Source: Klebsormidium nitens
Taxonomy: Eukaryota; Plantae; Klebsormidiophyceae
Direction of reading: 5' to 3'
DNA: 64,000 nucleotides
NCBI GenBank assembly: GCA_000708835.1
Contig: DF236963.1
Location: 370,276 to 434,275, forward strand
Below are positions 12,179 through 25,261 of the stretch, piece after piece (position 1 is the first letter of the stretch; the number at the start of each line of letters is the position of its first letter). Under the pieces are notes generated by a model that was not told where the DNA came from, ran no database searches, and saw only the letters and a list, made by a program, of their open reading frames with translations. Both the position numbers and the translations under genes were made by a program.

Positions 12179-14193
12179 GAGCCAGAAGGCGGCCGGTAGG
12201 AATGTGGCACTTGTAGTCGGAGACAATGTAAAGCGTGGATCAGAAATCGTGCAATACTGCTCGCCGGCGCGCCGTCTCCAAGAAATCATGGAGGAGTGAA
12301 AGTAGCTGAGCATGTACCTTCTAGGCTTCGTTAGAGGCGACTCTTGCGGCGCCAAGCAATGTGCGCGCACAGAGAGTTAGACACACGGCTTGAGCCTAAG
12401 CAAACAATCGAACTTAATTCAGCGCCTTGTATATGAATTGGCGGAGTTCTCCTTTATGTATAATCCGACATCAAGATATGGAGTTACGATTCTGCAACAT
12501 TGAAAAAGGGACGGTTCTTGTCGACTAGTAGGGCCACTTCCCTGCCAGTGCTACATGCTTTCATGAAGATGCTATAGCCTATAGCTGCAAGGCGATGCAC
12601 ATGCGTTGCGTGTACAGAGGGGTTCCGCGGCAGGCCGGCGCGGCACCAGAAGCCATGCCAGCCAACTCGCGAAGTCAAGCGACTGCCCAGGTTGTAGTAC
12701 CTTAGTGCACTAAGCCCGGCCTTGCATCTGAGTTTCACTAACAACAGCTGCCAGAATCTAGAGATGTAGCGCTTTGTCAACTATAACTATAGCTTTTGAT
12801 TTAAGCTGGGGATAAAAGGCAGAAAGCAGAACCTAGAAGAGTGTAGTTTCCGCCGATTTGAAGTGTGGCAGAGTCATGTAGTCAAAAGGAGTCGCAACCC
12901 CCTCAACTCACCCGACCACTCTGGGCAATTGAACGAAATCGTATGGGACTCGTATATCCGCAACCTAGACAAGGAGCACATTCAACGTGCAACCGGTGAC
13001 GGACACCGTTCGACTTAAACGTTAGGGAGGAGACTACGGAGTGCATTGAATAAATGACGGGAACATGGTGGCATTTTGTCCACATTCAGGCTTTCCCGAG
13101 CACGTGTGTAACTTCTGAACCTAGATCACAAAATCCTGTCATACAAATGCATTCGACCTAGTCTTTGATTGCCCCTCTTCTAATCAATTAAGGTTTCGAC
13201 ATGTGACGCTACTGTACAGCTCGGAATCGAGGTCCACAGAACTTCAGTGCTTGAGAAGAAGACACCGCCCTCAGAATTCCCCTAACCGCAACTTACTTTC
13301 TCTGGACACGCGACGACCTTCTCTTGGCTTTGAGAAGAACATGCCGGAGCGTTGGCACGTGCTGCAAGGAAAGACACGGGACGTCAGATAAAGAACATGG
13401 TTGGTCAAAAAAGCGGGCTTGTTTGTACCTTGGTTCCCTCTTTCACCATCATCGGACAGCTCTCGTCGGTTTCACGTTCTAGCACTTAGCAACCCGTGTT
13501 CGCAATCTAGGTTGAAGGCGGACGAAGTCTTTCTAGTCCTCCACGTCTGGGTATGAGGACCCAGCTCTTCCGCTCAAGTTATAAGACTTGAAGTTCACAT
13601 TAGCCCCTGCAATAGCTACCCCTGCCAAGAAGCAGAACGAATTGAGGGCAATCTCGAACTCGGGGGATGTGAGAGCCCTTGTTCTGGTGTCCAGCGTGGA
13701 ATCGACCGTTGCCCGCGCCCGTCATCACATGCAAAGCGTATCCCTTCTGCTCTATGTAAGATTTCACGCGAGAGAATTGACTTTAAGACTTTGTCTAACT
13801 AATTCAACTCACTTCAACAACTTGACTTACTCCGAATTGTACTCTAAGTTGGTATGTGACTGAGTCCAGCTGGTCTTACACACTGCTTCAAACACGTCTT
13901 TGCCACTAAAGCTGGCACTTTATGATTGTCTCAGACGTGACCTCAAAATTGGGATAGTCAGGGAGCATTGCCTCCCCTCTTTCGGTGACAAAGAATTGCG
14001 TACTTGAACTTCATTGCAGTGCGGTAACCCCGGGAAAACATAACACCTCTTGCGGGCCAATCCTGACTCTAGTCTGTATTGCTTCTAAATCGAAACCAGG
14101 GTACTCTGAGCCCACTAGCAAGACATTTGACAGATATTCATTATGTGGTTACTGGAATAAAAGCTGAGGCAATGATAAGAGAAGGGTCCTTAC

Positions 14194-14737
14194 AGTGATC
14201 CGGGCCCCCTTGTTGTGGGCCAAGCAGAACGAGGCAATTCGCCTGAAGGCCTTCCGCCGCTCCTTGTCGGACTACACATGAGATTCGTTCCAGCATGAGT
14301 AGAAGTGAAAAGACCAGAAAAGAAATCAGGTGCACGCTGGTTTGCCCATGCAACAAACTCGAAAGTTTGCGGGCACGCCCCCTCAAGAGCCCAGGTGCAA
14401 CGTCACAGCACTTTTTGGCCCTTAACCATGCACGGTTATGGGCTGGCTATGGGCTGGTTACAAAGGTGTTAACTGTCCAATAGCCAGACTTGGGCGGTAA
14501 CCAGCCTTGGAACAGGGTTGAAGGCCGGTTTGTCCATTAACCTTAGACTCGAGTCTGGCAAACAGCCTGGTTAGCGGCCAGAAAGTCCTCTAACCAGCCA
14601 TTTTAAAGATTTGAACTGTCACAGCTTACCACGTCGTTCGCCGCGTCCGGGTCCTCGTGCTTCATTTCGCTCCACCAGAGCTCGTAGGCGCCGTCCAAAT
14701 CTTTGGCCGCCCGCAGGAGCACGTCATCAAAGAACTT
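14194..14737 (-). CDS. Two orphan exons of an unidentified gene (14737-14630, 14271-14194); ends not resolved
   Basis: Both have good acceptors (tgctgcag, atgtgtag) and GTAAG donors. Both are phase 0-0 (108 and 78 nt) and join to KFFDDVLLRAAKDLDGAYELWWSEMKHEDPDAANDVSDKERRKAFRRIASFCLAHNKGARIT. No family recognised. Confidence 0.45.
14420..14600. repeat. Intronic segment rich in TAACCAGCC/GGCTGGTTA motifs in both orientations; possible MITE remnant
   Basis: GGCTGGTTA near 14455, TAACCAGCC near 14500 and 14591, plus CCAGACT/AGTCTGG. No target-site duplication established. Confidence 0.35.
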
Positions 14738-16791
14738 CTGCAGCACAAATGAAAGCCTGCATCAAGCACCGGCAAGACAGGATCCCAGACGTGTCTTGGC
14801 ACGCCCCTGAGCTGCAACAGCGCCCCACACTGCGTGAGCGCGAGAGGAGCTGCCCTCGGGACAAGGACCCTGGCTGTGGTCCAGCTGCGCCTGCTCGGGC
14901 GCACTTCGGATAGTGTAACGTTCTGCCTCTCTCCCGGTCACTCTGGGGTTCCTTTTTCACCGTTGAGCGTTTTGCAGTTTGCTAAACCTCAGAGGGAGTT
15001 TTTTGTCAGAACACTAGCGCCGCCCATTGGCACCACAGGAGCCGAGCTTGTGTGGTTGCCGCATCAAGTGGCGATGCAAGGGTCCAGAGTCGGGTGCATG
15101 CCAGCTGGCAAGTCTAAAAATGCCCATCCTCAATTCCTTGCCAACAACGTCATTGACTGGCACTTCCGACAAGGGGCCAGCCTAAGTCCGTAACTTCTTT
15201 ATGCTTCCTCCCTCTGAAGCAGCAGTCCATTTTGGTTCGGCCCCGTCAGAAACGTGTTCAGGTACTCATTGCACAGGTGATTTTCAAAAGGCTGGCTGCT
15301 CAAAGATGCAATCTGCGATTTTACTGTCCCTACAGCAATTCTCCCAAACGTCTTGCGGTACTAGTACAAGGACTGCTCTTTGATCAAACGTGCTAGCGCC
15401 CGGTGCTCTTGAATTCAAGTCCTTAGTAGATCAACAGACCGACATCCAGACCATACGAGCAGAACAAACGGCGGTAGGAGAAAACGGAGCGCCCGAAGAT
15501 TGTTCAAAAAGCTGGTGGATTCTCGCGGACATTTAGGCGCTCTCTCTGTTTCTTGGTTCAGGTTCCATCGCTCTGCGCCTGCGCAATCGAGCCAGCGCCG
15601 CGTGCCATCGCAGGTTTGGTCTTTCAGTGTGCTACAAATCTTTGTGCTCTGGTCTTCCAACTATTCCAATGCCTCCGACCGCCGTGCACAGTGCCTCCGA
15701 TCAGTCCGCCAGAATGGCTCTATTCTGCTAGCCCAATCCCGGGCAGAGCGCCTTCATCTCTTCGTCTATAAAAGCTAGGGGCCACAAGGACAGAAGGAAG
15801 CGCCTGCAAAGAAGGAAAGAAGGAAAGCGCGCGGCCTGCATGCGTCATTTTCAAGTCGCGCGCCTCCGCTCGGACGGCGCGGAAGAGTCACGGGGTTTAG
15901 GGTTTGAAGCGCGCGGAGACAGAGGCGGCCGCGCCGCGCCGGCAGGCTCCGAGACAACGTTCCCATAACCTCGACCCATGGCCAATGGAGCTGGTCGGCC
16001 GACGAATGCATCGCAAGCCTTTGCAAAGACACACGACGTCAATTCAAGCAGGAATTTTGGCCGTTTGTGTCAAAGCTCCCGATCCGAGTCATAAGGTGCG
16101 TACTAGTCTTAGATAGCTTTGGCTTGTTTCGACTCGGATGCCTGCCGCCATAAGCGCGCGCAAGACGGCCCATCCTGAGAGCTAGGCGTGTCCTCAGCAC
16201 TAGGACTAGGGTCGGTAAGTGCATCACAGATCGCCGGCATGTTCGCATTCGCAGGGCTCCCAGTCATGGCATGATGGATTGGCCGGCGCTCGGCCTATCG
16301 GAGCATTCACGCGCATGCCATGACAATTCCTACAGTATGTAGGCATCTATAGAAGCCTGCATGAGTGTACAGCGTGTCCCGCCTCTATACACGAAGCTCA
16401 CTAGTGCATTTGGCCTGGTGTGTGCGGGACGGCGCGTAGGTTTGTGTGGGCTGATAAGGCAGACATCCTGGCCAAAACCGCCAGCAAGCATGCCAAGTGC
16501 TAATGCCGAGCTAGCAGCCTGAAACGGCATTAAGAAGTGAAAATGAATCAGATGCTAGAACCACTTATTGCGTGAGCCCCCTACCCACGCATCAAGGTCT
16601 GCATGGCTATGCGGCGTATTGAAGAATCTATCAAGCTCACGTCAAGCGACGCACCGAAATGATTTCCGCAGGAAGTGCACCTGCGCATCAAGCAGAGTCT
16701 TCCTGAAGGAAGGAGTGTTTTGCAAGGGGCCAGATTCAGGTATGTCCAGAAGCGTTCGGCTGTCAAAGGCGCCTTCTGCTAACTTGGCCTG

Positions 16792-19471
16792 CTAGCTATC
16801 ACCCACCGGTTTCATTTTAGATGACCTCTTTATTCGGTCTTTATCAACATGCTCCAACGTGCCCTGCAACAAAAGCTCGAGACAATCAGCAACACGAAGA
16901 GACTGACCGATGTACTTGACAAAATTACACAAAACCGTTGCATGAATAGAGCTATGATAGAGATGAGGAGTGCACCGGAACATCGTCTTAAGAACAACAA
17001 TTGGGGTGCCTCCCCTTATAATGCAAGTCATTCAATCATGCCATCCTGAGAAGGGTCTTTCAATCACCCCGTAAAACGAGAGGGGGCCGTCCGCAAATGT
17101 CAAGATGAAAGGTGCCTCACCTGAGAAATGATCTCGTCTATGTACAGGCAGGCTGTTCCGTACTTCGTGAGTAGGGACCCTTCTGAAAGCTTTCCGTTGC
17201 AGGCGTCTTTTAGGGTGATAACGACGGCCCGCAGAACTTCGCTCACTGCAAACGAAAGTTCAAGAGGTCAGTCTTTACAAGGAAACGACCTATGAGCAGC
17301 TTGGACCAGACCACCAAAGGCGTATACTAACAGTTCAAGGCATAGTCATTTAGCTATGTCCAAGAAGTGGAGCGTAGCCCAAGTATGCGCCCGTAGGACT
17401 TTGCAGGGCTCTTGTGGAGCAAGGAACGGTTTCGAGCTTCATAGTGAGACCTGTAAGAGACTGGTACGTGCGCTGAAGTACAGATGCCGACGTTCTTGAC
17501 TAAGCTTGGTGATGAGCTCGCTGATTCCTGGGCCGGATTCCATTCGAAAGGCAGAGCAGAACGAAGGTAGCATGACCTCAGCAGAAGATTGGGTCTCCCA
17601 CGCAAAGCAGATGATTCAACTGGTCCAATACGGAAGGGGTACTACCCGAGAAAAGACTCCGAAAGCCTCCCAAACGTGTCAAACGTTTCAAAAGCAAGCG
17701 GGTTAGCTCAACATACAAAGCAGAGGTTGCGCTTTCTTGGGGCGCCTGCTTTTGTTGGAAGCGTACTCGTTGTGGACAATCAACACTTCGTTTCGAATTC
17801 GAGCAGAACGACCAATATCCCACACTCGAAAGAACTTCTGGCCGTGCTTTTCCAGTTGACCACAAAGACACTCTGGGCCCCCATCCGTTTGATCGGACGA
17901 AGAGTCCTCGATCCGTTTTCCAGGTGAGTGAGTTCCCTTCAGAAGACTGTCGAACCAAAACAGCAAGTGAGAAGGAAAATTTTGTTCTTGACTTTCCAAC
18001 AAGGGAGATCTCCTGAGTAGGTTCAGAGACGATGAGATGATGCGAAAGAAAACTTACATCCCAACTCGTCGTATTCATCTCCGCCCACCATGTAGATGTT
18101 CAGGTCACCAAAGGATCCATAAACAACAAAAACAGTCCTGTAGAAGACAAGGTTGTTAGCCATAAGGGGGTTGCGGTGAAGCTGCTGGCCGCCGAATGGT
18201 CAAGCATAGACCATTCTATCCCAATGATTGGTGGCCTGGAAATCATAACGACAAAACAAAACGGCCTTATATCTGGAAGCATGGAACTTTCGTCCTTTGA
18301 GGCGAAAATAGGAGGTGTTTTCGAAACACAGGCCATGGTTGTCGTAAGCCATGCCATACGCTATTTCCTTACGGAAGCACCCCACTAACATGTGACCTTG
18401 ATTTTTGTATATGAAGATTCAAGAATATTCGAACCTGAACGTCCTTTCAAAAGCGGATTCTGGTCAAACTGTTCTAAGATCTGTTGTGCCGCATAAAGTG
18501 CCCGGTCGGCGACTCAATCCTGACCTGTGCGCCAGCGCAAAAGGAATGACAGTCTCTTCTAAGCTGATTATGAACAGAATTTTGTCTGCAAGCGCATACT
18601 GCGCAGACTTAAGTGTCTCAAACCACGCGGTCAGAGAATCCCAACTCGCTGACAGCAGTTTCTGTTACATCATACCAACTCAAGTTGTCTGCACCAGTTA
18701 TCCAGCTTGTCGTAAACTTCAGTCAGAAGACGCCACTGTAAGTCTTGGAAGCTCTTGCCTACCTATGTGCCGCAACTAGTTCCTCCTCGTCCGTTGTATC
18801 TTCCAGGTTCTCAGCTCCAAGTTTCAGCAGGAACGCTCTCCATGTACTGCGCTCCTCACCAGGAATACCATAGAACCTGCGTGTGCAGAAAACCTCAAAA
18901 TTGCACTCTGGGGTCAAAAGCTCTCAATGTTATCTTTTGAGGTGCCTTAGGTGCTTAGCTTGTTCCAGGACCCCCACAAGCCTCGTTTTACTTGCTGTGT
19001 AGATCAAGGTTGTGACCTTCATCTGCAAAAACAAACTGATAGTCCCCTAGACCTGACTTCCAGCAACCGAAGAAAGGGCATCACATCTGAGCAGGGGCAT
19101 CTTTCAAGTTCCCAAAGCAGCCATGTGGAGTGTGAGAAGCCAGCGCTCCAATCCAAGTGATGATGCACTTCATCGGGGATAGATCGAAGTAATGGGGCAC
19201 GTCTAAACCAATCATTGACCTGAGACCCACCGCTTGCTCAATTGCTCTACTCCCTCCTCCCAACACCAGTGCACATTAGTTTCTGGGATGTTCCAAAAAA
19301 GGCGTGCTAGCTGCGAATTGCAACAATCACAAAGATTGTATTCCACAAATCCCGCTCATTGGAAAGCAAGGAAGTTCATCGAGATCCGAAATGCATTGGA
19401 GTGTTTCCTGGCACTCACCTTTCAAGAAGTACGTTCCCTGAGCGGTTCGTGACCAATATTGTATTGATCAT
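16792..19471 (-). CDS. LOLITA: LOLITA/TSPOON, sigma-adaptin-like longin subunit of the TPLATE/TSET complex, 147 aa. Exons 19471-19419, 18876-18763, 18137-18058, 17245-17121, 16863-16792.
   Basis: Five GT-AG exons total 444 nt. Protein MINTILVTNRSGNVLLERFYGIPGEERSTWRAFLLKLGAENL...VYGSFGDLNIYMVGGDEYDELGLSE...KYGTACLYIDEIISQGTLEHVDKDRIKR matches plant LOLITA end to end as I recall it. Confidence 0.92.
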
Positions 19472-20127
19472 TGCGGTGTCGCAGCAGAATCAGAACTGTC
19501 AAAGCCAGTAGGTGGCTTAAAAGTTGAGCTGAGAATTGCAGAAATGCTAGATCAAAGCAAGAAGGTTGCACTGAAAATTATATCGCTCCGAGTCCTGGGA
19601 CTCTGTTGCTCTGCTGCAAGCGCAAATTGGCAAGGGCAATGCAATGCTTGCTCTCATGGACACGTTCTGACAAGCTTCGTCCAAAACCCCCCTGAAATCT
19701 GAGAAAGTGCGCTTGCTATTATACTAATAGAGCATCACCTCAGTTCAAGCAAGCCCAGCTTTTCTGGTCAGCTAGCTAGCTCAAATCTCATGGGCAAAGT
19801 GAGATGAATGTCGATCTAGATGCGGGGAGAAAGTGGTCAGCAAAACGTCATGCAACGTTGGTCAAAGCATTACCAGCTTTGCTCGTCCATTACCATGCGG
19901 TCGGACTGCATGAGGCTCAGGGCTGGAGGGCTGGGCAACTTCAGAATCTCACTTTAATTCTCTGGAATGTTCAGTTGTTCACTTCAACTTCAAGCTCGAC
20001 AGGCAGCCAGCACTTGTAAGCTGGCAGTGCGCATTGGAATGGGGTCAAGTCAACGCATTGATCCGTGACATCAGAAAGCTCATCATAGTAAAGTCTGTTA
20101 GGTGATCTATCTTCATCCAGTGGTACG

Positions 20128-23100
20128 ATGGGAACCCGGCTGGTGCCTTTCCTTTCCTGGGAGGAGTGGGAGAGTGTCGGGCGGGACTTGTTTGCGCAGG
20201 GGACTGCAGAGAACCAGCGAGGCTTGAACAGGGTGAGAAAGGACCAGCTTTCACTTGGCAGAATGCTGCATTTCCGGATGCGCCATTGCTGATTGAAATA
20301 CTTGTCGTTCAGGAGAGAGCAACAAGAGGACCAGCAAGAGCACTCGATGTCCTCTGAATAGGCACACATTCAAACTCTCTTCTTCTTCTGTGACTAAGTC
20401 GTTTAAGTGATTGAGGTGATGGCTGAGTGACTAAACAGTCACCTTGATCGGTGGTGGTCGCAAAGAGCTCAAGTGCTTGAAAATGCATCTCGTTGGGATG
20501 GCAGAATGCTCGTCAGCTGGCACGGTCTCTTTCTGATCAATGCTATCATCCTTTAAAACAAGGCGCCTCAAAGCCATCAGCTTAAATCAACGTCAACATG
20601 AAATTCTCTCACGTGAATGTGACAGTCAGCGCCACCACTGACTTTATTGGATGTGAGCGCTGGATCCTTCTTGGGACCGAACAACCTGAAGCAGCTGGCT
20701 CTCTCTTCATCAGACATGTGTTTCCTGCCTTACTTGCACAGAAACCGGCTCAGCTTTATTTCCCATGCCCTCACAATGCTGCTGAAGATTTTAGAAGCTT
20801 TCTCCACAAATCATATCTTTGTGGACCGATGTTTGCAAGGATGAAAAGAAGAGTCGAGAATCCATATGAAGTTGTCAGATTGCCCTCCCTGTAGGTGGCG
20901 GCGTGGAGGTACCGGGGCCGAGTCCCAGTGGCGGTTGAGAGCACAGCAGAGCTAGTGGAGATCCGGCTGCGAGACTCAAGCCTTGGGTGAGCGAACTTTT
21001 TGTCACAGGCTGTAAGAGGAAAGAGGAGCACTCGGTCAGAGCCTAGTCGAATCTGGGGGGCTGCATTCTTCCTGAAAGGGTTTTTTGCCTTCAGTGGACT
21101 GGGAATATGCAATGTCAAGTCTGTTGTTTTCTTTCGGAGGGGGAGCGAAGCAGGGGACGCTAGTGTAAGTGTGTGGTGTCAGGATCACCGGCCAATCTTT
21201 GTCAACGCTGTAGTGCGTTTGTTATAAGGCATCTTGTATGATGGAGACAAATACAGACTGTGTTAGAGTTGGGAAATGGATACTTGTTCATGATATCGAA
21301 AGAAAATGCAGGGTCAGTCACCAGATGCTTTTCTAATAACAGAGGAAGAGTAGGGGGAGAGTGTCTTGTAACAAGACAGTTTTGGAGTCGTCCCTAACGT
21401 AGTTCCAGTTCTCCTCGAGAAAAGTGGTCGAAAGAGGGGAAGGGAAGGCGTGACCAAAGAGAAAGAGTTTGACGAAGGAAGGCGCTTAGAGAAACGGATC
21501 GGTCAATTGCTTTTTCGACCCCCGAGTCTTTGCAGTCGCCACCTGGCCTCTACTCCCCTTCGCTCATCCAACAAATTTCAAAGTATGCCACGAAGGTGAA
21601 CGAAGCAGCAGGAAAACGAAGCACTTGAAAGAAGGACGTAATCATCTCATTGACATCCATTTTTCCGGTTAGAGTGCTTCCCAGCAGTGGAAGGGGAGCA
21701 GTCCCTCCGCTGCCTCTACGCCATGCCACTCGCCCACTTCATCAACGGCGTCNNNNNNNNNNNNNNNNNNNNNNNNNNNNNNNNNNNNNNNNNNNNNNNN
21801 NNNNNNNNNNNNNNNNNNNNNNNNNNNNNNNNNNNNNNNNNNNNNNNNNNNNNNNNNNNNNNNNNNNNNNNNNNNNNNNNNNNNNNNNNNNNNNNNNNNN
21901 NNNNNNNNNNNNNNNNNNNNNNNNNNNNNNNNNNNNNNNNNNNNNNNNNNNNNNNNNNNNNNNNNNNNNNNNNNNNNNNNNNNNNNNNNNNNNNNNNNNN
22001 NNNNNNNNNNNNNNNNNNNNNNNNNNNNNNNNNNNNNNNNNNNNNNNNNNNNNNNNNNNNNNNNNNNNNNNNNNNNNNNNNNNNNNNNNNNNNNNNNNNN
22101 NNNNNNNNNNNNNNNNNNNNNNNNNNNNNNNNNNNNNNNNNNNNNNNNNNNAATTCGCGGCCACATTTCCGTACAGATGCCACCCCGCAGCGGCCCTTCC
22201 CGAGCAATCTCTCCGCTGCCTCTATGCGATGTCGCTCGTCCGCTTCATCAACGGTGTAACGGACCAGGGCCAGAAGGGCCGCGCCGCGATCCCGGTCGCG
22301 ACGCTCGCGGAGGCCGCCGGACTGCCGCGCCTGCTGGTGGATATCCGCCACGAAGCGGTGCACAACGAGCTGCCAAGCCTGCCGCTGCTGCGGATGGCCG
22401 GGCAACAGGTGGGACCTGGTCACGTTTCCTGAGTCTCTCACGATTTCAATCTCTCAACCTTCCCCCCTTCCCCCCCTTTTTCACACGTTTGGTCACGTTT
22501 TCTGAAGCCCGTTTTCGTTTGATCTGGGCAAGTTCCCGTGGTCGAGGTGCATCTTTCTGAGTTCTCCTCGAGGTGTCCACGGGGCCGATACTTGTTTCAT
22601 TGTTGTCCAATGGTTTTTCCAAGGATCCATGATTTTGCTCTCAATCCTTACCAGAGTAGTCCTCAGTTGCTTATTGTATGCTCTTCGTCGAGTAAGTCGG
22701 AACGAAGAACCTCATTTTCTGGATGGGAGGCAGCGCGCAGAATGGATGTCCTAGGGTAAGGCTGATACTCTCAGCGTACGCTTGTGAGAAATATGTCCGC
22801 AGAAAAGCGACCTCTTCAAACACTCGTTGACGCTGGAAATTCCCCGGATGAGTCAGTTAGACCACGATGAGAGAGGGGAAACATGAGTTCAGTAGATGCA
22901 AAGGAGAGAAAAAGCTTGTCGTGAAAGTGCTTGACTTCAACTTCCTCATCTCTCTGTCTGTCGTTTTTTCCCTCTCTCTCTTCTTTTCTCTCTTCGTATC
23001 CAACCCTTCAAGGAGAGTCGTTCTCACTGCGCCACGCGTATCTCCCGCAGGCCCTGTCTTGGCTGGAGGCGAACTACTGGTCTGCCCAGAAGCAGGCCTT

Positions 23101-25261
23101 GCTGCTCGCCTACACCGCCACCCAACAGGGCCTTCTGCAACTGGCCGCTCTACAAGGCCCCTTGAAACCAGAAGTCGAATCCACCCCCCCGAAAAAGCGA
23201 AAACGCGGCGTGGGAGAGGAGAAGCAGAAGAAGCAGAAGAAGCAGAAGACGCAGCACGAGGTGCTGGAGAAAGAACGTGCGCGGTTGGTCAGAGAGCTGG
23301 TCGAGGGGGGGCCGGAGAGTCTGGTGGGCGCCGTTTTAGAATCCGTGGTAAGCAGTAGGGAGAAAGGGGCGGCTTTGGAGACGGACTATACCTTGGAGCA
23401 AGACGGGAGCCCAGAAGAATTGGAAAAGGAAACGCGGAGAGAGGGTCTGACTTTGGAAGAGGTGGGCGGAGTGATTGGGGCCCTAGAGGGAAGGGCGCCT
23501 TACCTGCCGTCGATGCTCCTATCTGAGGCCATCCAGCGGCTAGCGGCGAGCGCCAGCTGGCAGGGGCCTACGGAGCCTGGTGTGAACGGCCTTTCTGGTG
23601 TGAACGGGCTCCCTTGCGCAAACGGGCCCACTGTTGTGGACGGGGGCTACAAGTGGCAGCAAAGTTTGAAGGAGTTTGCGCTGTGGTTGTTGGAACGGGG
23701 GGGTGGATCGGGTGGGTTTGGCGCCCCCCTGCTGAAGGTGCTCTTGCGTCGGTGTCTCGACATGGGGGATACCCTTTTGGGAGGGGAGCTCGTGACAGCG
23801 TTAATGACGTCACTAGCGCAGAGCAATCCGGGGCTATTGGATCGAGAGGGGGGTCAGAGAGGGGAAGGGAATGGCGGAGGCCTTCCGGCCAAGATGCAAG
23901 CGCTTCTGAGGCTAGCTACGGTGACGAGGAATGCGAGCCACGGCTCTGCAAACAAGAGCGTAGTTGATCCACCCGACGGTGAGAGTCTACTGCTCGAGTA
24001 CCTAAAGTTCGAGTTACAAGTCTTTGGTTCGCAATGTTTTGGGGGAAAGTTATCCTCTCGTTTTCTCTTCATGTTTGTTGATCGCATGGTGAAGAGTCTA
24101 TGGTGCTTAAGGAAGACTGTTCAACTTCAACGAGCACCAGCTTTACTCAATTCGAAGGAAATAGGGGCTGACCGATCAGGGCTGGATGCGAGGCGACGTC
24201 GAAAAAATGATCGGGCTTCTTCCGGGAAAATCCACATTGTCGAGTCGAATAAGCAGACTACCGATTGAGCAGACTACCGCATATTTTTGCTCACCTTTGC
24301 GATTGCAGTATCTAAGTTTGTGTGACGTCACTGCCGTGCGCCTCCGCTCATAAACCCCTGGGACCCCAGTAGACTGAAAGCTGCCCTTTCTTTGTTGGCA
24401 GATCTCGAGACAGCCGCACAGAAGCAGAGGGAGCTCTTGCACGCCCTGTCCCAGCAACGGTTCGCGAACGCGACCGAAGTAAAGGAACGTCTAGAGAGTG
24501 GCGATGCGCAGACTGCCAGCCCCTCTGCCCGAGAGAAACCTTCAGACGGTCTTTGGTCGCTAGCGGACGACTGGACGCCCTGTGCCCTGGGCACCGTGCC
24601 GTCGTTCCTGCATCCGCTCGGAAAAGTCGCCAGTCTCGTTTGGAGCAGGGGCGGAAACACGGGGGTGCAGGTGAACGGAACGAGGAACGGAGTTCCGGGG
24701 CCGGAAGGGAACGGAGTTCCGGTGCCAGAAGGGAACGGAGTTCCGGGGCCGGAAAGGAACGGGTTTCCAGGGCCGGAAGGATACGGACGAACACCGGCAA
24801 CGGTGACGACAGGAGCGGAGGGAATGATGCCGGAGTCGGATGGGGTTCACGTTGAACCGTTAGCCGAATTCAATGGCTTCCACGTGCCGGCTGACGATGG
24901 TAAGAACGTTCCGAACGAGGGCGGAAGCTTGGACCGACGGCGAGACCTGGGAGCCGAGAGGATTGGTGGGGTGCTGGAAGAGATGCCACGTGGAAGCGGG
25001 ATGGAGACAGCCAATAACGGGGACGGAATCCACTTGCCAGTAAATGACGTGTATCAGGGGGTGACGGAAAACGTGCGCGCCGGGCCTGTTTCCGGGGGGG
25101 TATTTGTTGACGAGATGTCTGATAGAGGCATAGAAAGTCGGGAGGAAGCGGAAAAGGCTAATGGGCATTTGGACAATGCCGGGCTTTGCTTGCAAGGGAG
25201 CGTTCGGCACCTAAGTCCGGAAGAGCAGGCACGTATTCGTGACGGCATAAGCATCTTGTAA
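20128..25261 (+). CDS. LAS1: LAS1 pre-rRNA ITS2 processing endoribonuclease, 738 aa. Exons 20128-20232, 20895-20986, 22177-22408, 23051-23978, 24402-25261.
   Basis: Phases sum to 2217 nt. Motifs VPFLSWEEW, AWRYRGRVPVAVESTAELV, LRCLYAMSLVRFINGVTD, GLPRLLVDIRHEAVHNELPSL (HEPN RxxxxH), WLEANYW, and C-terminal WTPCALG. Confidence 0.93.
21520..21752 (+). pseudogene. Degenerate intronic copies of the 5' part of LAS1 exon 3 (clear copy about 21673-21752; weaker copy about 21520-21585)
   Basis: GAGCAGTCCCTCCGCTGCCTCTACGCCATGCCACTCGCCCACTTCATCAACGGCGTC (EQSLRCLYAMPLAHFINGV) versus the true exon EQSLRCLYAMSLVRFINGV. The weaker copy reads LYSPSLIQQI. Confidence 0.8.
21753..22151. other. Assembly gap (399 N) inside LAS1 intron 2
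   Basis: Run of N in the sequence. Confidence 1.
24686..24781 (+). repeat. Coding 24-bp tandem repeat x4 in LAS1 exon 5 (NGVPGPEG-type units)
   Basis: AACGGAGTTCCGGGGCCGGAAGGG and three variants in tandem. Confidence 0.9.

Noticed and set aside
13600-13700. PCNSYPCQ resembling an EGF-repeat start
   Set aside because: The remaining Cys spacing is absent and no exon model fits
15898-15905. Telo-box AAACCCTA on the minus strand
   Set aside because: A single 8-mer is expected by chance about twice per window, and no defined TSS is nearby
21650-22441. Long ORFs spanning the N run
   Set aside because: Artefacts of translating through the gap; the real coding part is LAS1 exon 3
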